DNA of 40,926 nucleotides, taken from positions 1 through 40,926 of IMG/VR virus record IMGVR_UViG_3300030376_004413. One strand, 5' to 3'. How positions within the stretch are numbered: position 1 is the stretch's first letter; every line of letters starts with the position of its first letter. The position numbers were made by a program, and so were the translations under genes. Below are positions 36,101-40,926 of this stretch, piece by piece. Below the pieces are notes generated by a model that was given only the letters and a program-made list of their open reading frames with translations, made no database searches and was not told where the DNA came from. Origin of the DNA: a virus. Its lineage: Duplodnaviria > Caudoviricetes.

Positions 36101-39100
36101 TCATAATCCGAACCTGCTTTAGCTACAATCTCTGTAGGTAGGACTATCATATCACCTGCATGAGATGGTAAGAATCCTGCCACTTCAATTGAATCTATAG
36201 AGTTTAGTCCTGATGTAGGAATACGGAAACCTAACAGCTCTTTTAGTCTATCATCTATAATTACATTTTCTCCTTCTTTAATGTCTCCAAGTATCTCTTT
36301 AAAGTAATGAGGTACGTATACCTGCATACGGGTAACTCTTCCTTCTTCGTTTTGATAGAACTCTAATTGATTAGAGTCAAGCTTTCCGTCAGAATAGTTT
36401 CTAGTAACACCTACTTCTTCCCAACCAGTATTAGCTACCTGGATAAGACCTGCTCCTTTCATCTTACTTTTAACAGTCATCTTATCTGCAATAGCAAATA
36501 GAGCACGTTCAATGTCTCCCTTAGCAGGCATTACAGTAATACCCATTGGAGTTATCTTACCATCGACTTTAAGAGAATCAAATGCTTTTATGTACTCTTG
36601 AGGCAGGTCCCTTTCTGCTACTAAATTTTTGAGTAGCTCTATAGTTTTATCTACATCTTCTATTTCGTAAGTACCGTTAGGCATTTTTACCATACCTAAC
36701 CTTCTTCTAAGAGAAGCTGCTCCCATCTTAATACGAGATCCTACAAGATCAAGATAATGGTTCATTACCTTTTCTGTAGAAACTGATGACTTCTCATTAA
36801 CACCAAGTTCTGGGAATGACATATCACGGTAGTTAATACCATCGTGTACTTCATACATTATTTGTTTATGAACCTGTGATCCGTATGAAGTACTATCCTT
36901 TCTTGTATTTCCAGTAGATACCTGGATACCAAAGAACTCATAGTATATATGCTGGTAAGGAAGATTATGACTTTTACTCCTTAGGTTAAATCCTATTTTA
37001 CCATCTTCATCGTACAGCTTTGTAAGAGATCCGTCTTCATTTATAGAAGTACCTACTTTATTTCCAGACTCATATACAATCATCCCTGTATTATTAAGAG
37101 CCATAAAGTTGCTCATCTTATTGAGCTTACTTTCTCCTATTACAGAAGGGATTAACGGAACAACGGATAATTTGTACATGCTTGTTACATACCCTAGCTC
37201 AGCCAAAGGCCCAAAGTACTGAGGCTTGAGAGGGTTAAATGATACCTGCTTGCCGGATTCATTTATAAGATCTGCTTCAGATTTTACTGAAACGTTCTCA
37301 CCGTTCCACTTAAATACAGTAGGCTTTCTATTCGACATTTCCCACTGATACAGTTTTTCTAGACCTAAGTTCCACATACCGTTAGTAAGCAGCATGTCTC
37401 TGTAGGTATCTAGGTGCACATATCCCTGAGCATCAGCTTCATTCATATCTGCATAATCCTCAAAAAACTCAGCAAGTCCTAAGTTTTGAGCTTGGATGTC
37501 TTCTAGTATAAGAGTTTTAAGTACCGGCTTACTGTCTTGTGTAAGAGTTTCGTTGATGTTTCCGTCCTTATCCATATATAAACGAGACATACCTCCTGAG
37601 TTAGGAAATAATCTTTCAACATTCCTCCACCAGGTTGAGTCAAGTACTGAGGCTTTCTTCGGGCCTATCATACCACTCATACGTTTAATCATATTATCTA
37701 CTGATAACTCTTGAGTGTTTTTATCTTCCTTTACATACTGTGCAGGGTGGCCAGCAAATATTTTTTGCTGTTCCATCTGTGATACCATAAATGCAGCAGC
37801 ATGATGTGACAAAGTATCTCTTAAACTGTTAAAGTTTTGAAATGACTCAACTTGCATCATTAGCCCGGAATCATTAAGCTGAGGAATACCTAAGTTTAAA
37901 TACTTTCCCCCACTAGTCTCTTCTACTAGTCCTAGTTTTATTGCTTTTCTTGCAAGCTCTTCTGCTTCTAGAATAACAGTTTCTTGTATTAAACGACCAG
38001 CAGTTGTAACTGCATCTGGATTTTGATCTGAGAATAACTTTATATCAATGCCTTCAAGCATTTCAGTAGAAGTATTCTTTGTTTCTATAAGATTCTTTAT
38101 AGTCTTATATAGATTGATGTCTTTAGACAATATTTTAAGAACCGGGGAAGAGTCAATTGCAGTATCAGCGTCTTCAAACTTTTTACTAAAAGAGTATTGC
38201 TTAGACATAGATCTGATTTCTGCAATGTATGCAAGCTCATCTTTAGCATACCCAATCATGTCTGCTTCTAGCATTGGCATTTTAATACCAAGACCTAACC
38301 AGTCCTTTACATCTAGATTTCCAGATTGACCCATCTTAACATCCCCAAACGAAATAAATCTTTCATTAGAATTTGATCCTGCACGGATCATCATGAATTT
38401 ATTCTGAGTAGACATGTCAAGTACAAACTTGAACTTTTCTGACGGAGTCATACTTGAAAACTCCTTCTTTACAGACTTGTCTTCTGTCCTAGCTCCCTCA
38501 CCTAAATCAATTTTTAGGTTTCTTTTTGAATTTCTATCTCCTTTTTTATTAAATAGAATGTCGTTTAAAAGTTTTGAGTTGTTCAGATATGCACTTTTAA
38601 GGAAGGGGTACTCTTCCTTTAGTTTCTCTAAACTTTCAGCCTTGTTTAATCCGCTAGTAATAAAGGATACATAGTTGTGTAGAATATTATCATATACTCT
38701 ACTACCGTCTAAGTTAAGGTGAGAGTTTTCTGTTTTATCCGGATCTACTTTTATAACATCATCTGTAAGAAGTCCTAACTGGACACTCATCTTACTTGAT
38801 TTTTCATAGATACTTATATCCTTCTTTAACATCTTGTTAAGAATAGTATCTACATTTTGAAGGCTTTTTGCTTCACCGTCTTCAGGAAGAGAGTTCCATA
38901 CTTCATCAGTAAACTCTATACCTACTGATCGGTACACTTGCCTTTTCTTAGAGTCTACTTCTGCTCTAGTGCCTCTTAAATCTGTAACAGGTATTATTCC
39001 TGTATACTTTACTTTATCAGTAGTAGGATCTACAGTAACATATTGAGAGCCCATGGTAGCCATGATCCTTTCATTGTTTCTATAGTCCATTAGTATTCTA

Positions 39101-40926
39101 TTCTTCTGGCTATCTTGAGAAGCGTTCATTACAGCTCCAGAACCTTTTTCTCCTACAGCAGCAATGCTGTAGTCCATCTTTTGAAGATTAAAGCTTTGTG
39201 CAAAGTCAGTTATTAGTTGCAGTTCTGAGTTTGTAAGTCCTTGATTAGCGTCAGAGCTAAACAATTTTTTAAGCTTAAGCTCTTCAATTAAGAAAGCTGC
39301 TCCAGGAGTAGTTTCCTGGTTCTTTACTATTTTATGGTAAGCTTCCTCTACAGTTCTTGTATTAGCAAGTAGGTTAGAGTAGATTGCAAATGCTTTACCA
39401 AAAGACATGGCTGTAGGTTCTCCAAAATCTTCTGATAATTTTTCATATGTAAAGTATTGTCCTTTATGAGTATCTGGCAACCCTGCTAAAAATAATCTTA
39501 GTCTTCTTGACGAGCTTTCTACTGCAGATCTTGTCATACTGTTAAAAGCCCAAGTATTACTTCCACTGTCTTTAGACTCTTCGTCTTTTATTTCATCAAT
39601 GTCAAGTTCAGTAAATATATCAAACCTAGAAAGGACATTAGTACGATGGAACTCTTTGAATGAGTTACGAAGTTTATCTATATCCTCAGTATAAGATTCG
39701 TTTACATCCCACTTGTCAAGAAATCTATCAAGATTTTGAAGTTGCTTTTCTGTTACTTCGTAACCTTCTTCCTTGTTACTAATATCTTTAAGCATTCCCT
39801 TACGTACTAAATTTGTAAGGTCGTCTTTTATTTCATTATATATTTTATCAAGTACTCCTGACTTTGTAAGATCTCCTGCTAAGTAAGAATCAAATTCTGC
39901 TCTAAACTTTGTATTAGCGAAGTAGAAAAACTTTCTGTTGACTACCTTAATAAACTCATTAGTTAGAGGAGAGCTTTCAGTCTCAAATCTTTTTTGCCTA
40001 GCACCTACAACTGACTTAGACCTTCCATTAGGTTTAGCTGTAGCGTAGTACCCTTTACTTAGTTTATCATAAACCTCATGTATTGAAGGCTTACCTATAC
40101 CAAGCATTGCTTTAATAAAGTCAAGAAGCTCCTGGAAGAAACTTTTCTGTGCAGGAGATGCTATTTTTTTAGTTCCTCCTGATAGCTCATACTCAGCAAA
40201 CTCGTCAGCAAGTATTTCTTCAATAATACCTTCTCTACTGTAGTCCGAGTAAGTTTTTGCTTTCTCAGCAATTAGTTGCTCTGCATTAGGACGTTGCAAG
40301 AACTCTTCTATTAGAGCTTTGTATTCTTTTTCAGAAAGAAACTCAGACGCTACTACGTGAAATGCTTCGTGGTATGTAGTACCCTCCGCAGCATTTTCCA
40401 TTATAGTGACTATACCGTCAGAAAACTCTCCCCAACTATTTCCATTTACTGCCTTAAGAACTCTTTTAAATCCTACAGACTTTGGAAACTTAGATCTAAA
40501 CCATTTTTCCATTTGGTCTGTATTCTCATAACCTGAAAACACAGAGTCTTTAATTCTTCTTTGCCCCCTTTTCTTTGGTGGAGGTGTATCAGAACCTGTC
40601 TTAGGAGTTGCTAAGCGTTTTTTCATTGACTCTACATCTCCTCCTAGTCCAGTAAAGTCTCCTGCTCCAACACTGTCTGCAATAGATGCTGCCCAGTCTC
40701 CTGCACTATCATTAGTCGGAGCAGCATCTGGATTTTTAGTATCTCCTTCCTTGTCTGGAGCTACATCTTGCTTAGGCTCTGCTTTCTTAGCAGCGTCAGC
40801 TTTTTTCTTAGAGTTTTTATTAGCCTGGGTTCTAGCTTTATTCTTTTTTTCTTCTTCTTTTCTGTAAGAATCTATCTCATAATCAAATACAAGTCTTCTA
40901 TTAGCAAAGGTTATTTCTGCATCATT
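33139..40926 (-). CDS. crAss-like virion RNA polymerase polyprotein (5' end outside the window)
   Basis: GFRIPTSG and GSDYDVDK (36094-36108) of the two-barrel RNAP; HEAFH...EEILADEF zincin; frame checked by hand and open for 100 more codons from 40627 to the window end. Confidence 0.9.
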   Translation of the reverse strand, partial: NDAEITFANRRLVFDYEIDSYRKEEEKKNKARTQANKNSKKKADAAKKAEPKQDVAPDKEGDTKNPDAAPTNDSAGDWAASIADSVGAGDFTGLGGDVESMKKRLATPKTGSDTPPPKKRGQRRIKDSVFSGYENTDQMEKWFRSKFPKSVGFKRVLKAVNGNSWGEFSDGIVTIMENAAEGTTYHEAFHVVASEFLSEKEYKALIEEFLQRPNAEQLIAEKAKTYSDYSREGIIEEILADEFAEYELSGGTKKIASPAQKSFFQELLDFIKAMLGIGKPSIHEVYDKLSKGYYATAKPNGRSKSVVGARQKRFETESSPLTNEFIKVVNRKFFYFANTKFRAEFDSYLAGDLTKSGVLDKIYNEIKDDLTNLVRKGMLKDISNKEEGYEVTEKQLQNLDRFLDKWDVNESYTEDIDKLRNSFKEFHRTNVLSRFDIFTELDIDEIKDEESKDSGSNTWAFNSMTRSAVESSSRRLRLFLAGLPDTHKGQYFTYEKLSEDFGEPTAMSFGKAFAIYSNLLANTRTVEEAYHKIVKNQETTPGAAFLIEELKLKKLFSSDANQGLTNSELQLITDFAQSFNLQKMDYSIAAVGEKGSGAVMNASQDSQKNRILMDYRNNERIMATMGSQYVTVDPTTDKVKYTGIIPVTDLRGTRAEVDSKKRQVYRSVGIEFTDEVWNSLPEDGEAKSLQNVDTILNKMLKKDISIYEKSSKMSVQLGLLTDDVIKVDPDKTENSHLNLDGSRVYDNILHNYVSFITSGLNKAESLEKLKEEYPFLKSAYLNNSKLLNDILFNKKGDRNSKRNLKIDLGEGARTEDKSVKKEFSSMTPSEKFKFVLDMSTQNKFMMIRAGSNSNERFISFGDVKMGQSGNLDVKDWLGLGIKMPMLEADMIGYAKDELAYIAEIRSMSKQYSFSKKFEDADTAIDSSPVLKILSKDINLYKTIKNLIETKNTSTEMLEGIDIKLFSDQNPDAVTTAGRLIQETVILEAEELARKAIKLGLVEETSGGKYLNLGIPQLNDSGLMMQVESFQNFNSLRDTLSHHAAAFMVSQMEQQKIFAGHPAQYVKEDKNTQELSVDNMIKRMSGMIGPKKASVLDSTWWRNVERLFPNSGGMSRLYMDKDGNINETLTQDSKPVLKTLILEDIQAQNLGLAEFFEDYADMNEADAQGYVHLDTYRDMLLTNGMWNLGLEKLYQWEMSNRKPTVFKWNGENVSVKSEADLINESGKQVSFNPLKPQYFGPLAELGYVTSMYKLSVVPLIPSVIGESKLNKMSNFMALNNTGMIVYESGNKVGTSINEDGSLTKLYDEDGKIGFNLRSKSHNLPYQHIYYEFFGIQVSTGNTRKDSTSYGSQVHKQIMYEVHDGINYRDMSFPELGVNEKSSVSTEKVMNHYLDLVGSRIKMGAASLRRRLGMVKMPNGTYEIEDVDKTIELLKNLVAERDLPQEYIKAFDSLKVDGKITPMGITVMPAKGDIERALFAIADKMTVKSKMKGAGLIQVANTGWEEVGVTRNYSDGKLDSNQLEFYQNEEGRVTRMQVYVPHYFKEILGDIKEGENVIIDDRLKELLGFRIPTSGLNSIDSIEVAGFLPSHAGDMIVLPTEIVAKAGSDYDVDKLTVYYPHYTVGKNADGVTELRYLEFYTSDDLRNDPNKVNELKNRVRNQIISDDPILRKKIKDIESEYDAAYVEELKGEKKAAYSDFMKSDSVKDFIEKFNLDPNRTNKRELEKRFKGLRRTITLLNKMSRELEQYSGEDKMGFTNEMFFLENEDPMLVASNFKEDMSNDEALDTIDRIITTAQSFEAELEVYYDEDAVKAREEIQKNIEEATKEMRERISELVKPEVDEAFSTMTLFERNGKKAVENEINRTMQGIVLSPENYERLIEPIGSSVLKNIAEDIKALKKQKAKTDTVEDLLKMSWSLDTVERYLQGKKGVGIGALQSVNEILGQRARWAVNKDHKLTYFNTQVGNYTEFDATMKLPNNNIGGAPVLFGNESFAGTQEELSKMRVMNNFLNAYVDIEADPFIIDINAGLDMAPTIMFMVRAGVPIRTALYFANQPIVVEMMDAFRSQGNNMLTVANKRKVEQSEIIEAVFNKYSGKENLVKSEVDIISNESLEKHLNPDNQKMSDETFRRDQLLILDEFLKLRSMGDELSNAMNAVNYDTKGTGGLAAASLVRKLSMKTLKKNNFIKGFDTIFKKDNYLRDFRDSVESIPEMYKPFFPEFNKQLAAPAIEMQFEEYYKDQRLGFDTMVNMMDIFMHDMVHSMVMMMPLKGKNINLTEEIRNLFVTDKKIGNPSVALELKNFVEKFPDVAKNNPFIERINPIFNETGGDRILMYDQPSDPSEIDDVIDGWRELFRSNDRRIRNFAEQLAKVAIIQTGFRNHPVGLTKHIPSEEVAKIINNAFDQYRSMGIGGKRTFKNFAMLDSILGNHNNPNILPRTGRVALKAKYALKAEYLGANNKKKREDAVAAGEKIYNLKIVQATKTVVGENEDGSFQMEDKLMPVFQGGEVLMVPMETFIKQYNVLKSRGMLQAHTDLTNRKILKGTMHARKRGKALSQNPLHDKAPELAPETEGDKKLKGKDAVIERKDTNGTEDTCKK

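Noticed and set aside
28880-38674. Numerous + strand ORFs of 62-106 aa
   Set aside because: Ser/Leu/Phe-rich antisense shadows of the two giant - strand genes
7687-40926. Stop-codon recoding (TAG/TGA), introns or inteins as seen in some crAss-like clades
   Set aside because: PolA, helicases, RNR and RNAP are uninterrupted under code 11, the enzymes are of normal length, and genes tile well with TAG/TGA as stops
1-40926. CRISPR arrays, tRNAs, transposases, integrase, reverse transcriptase/DGR
   Set aside because: No regularly spaced repeats, cloverleafs or diagnostic motifs were seen by eye; short or degenerate elements could have been missed

Overview
This window is part of a crAss-like (Crassvirales-type, probably Bacteroidota-infecting) dsDNA phage genome in the standard genetic code. 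The + strand (1-28692) begins with an early/accessory region of small ORFs, two lipoproteins, two hairpin-dense intergenic blocks and a MoxR-like AAA+/vWA pair. A replication module follows: family A DNA polymerase, SF2 helicase, DnaB-like helicase, Sak4-like ATPase, probable SSB, primase and a Holliday-junction-resolvase-like nuclease. Next is what looks like a complete ubiquitin-like conjugation cassette (Ubl, E2-like, JAB/MPN protease, ThiF/E1), interrupted by a spore-photoproduct-lyase-like radical SAM gene. Nucleotide metabolism and repair genes come after it (exonuclease, UNG, MazG-like, class II RNR, HAD phosphatase), along with a SET-domain protein and a DnaA domain IV-like protein. 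The - strand (28769 to window end) carries two giant virion-type genes: a 1457-aa protein with a PD-(D/E)XK nuclease-like domain, and a virion RNA polymerase polyprotein (DxDxD motif plus HExxH zincin) that runs off the window. The two blocks converge on a bidirectional terminator. All calls come from motif recognition by eye; no searches or folding programs were run, so novelty relative to the literature is unverified.
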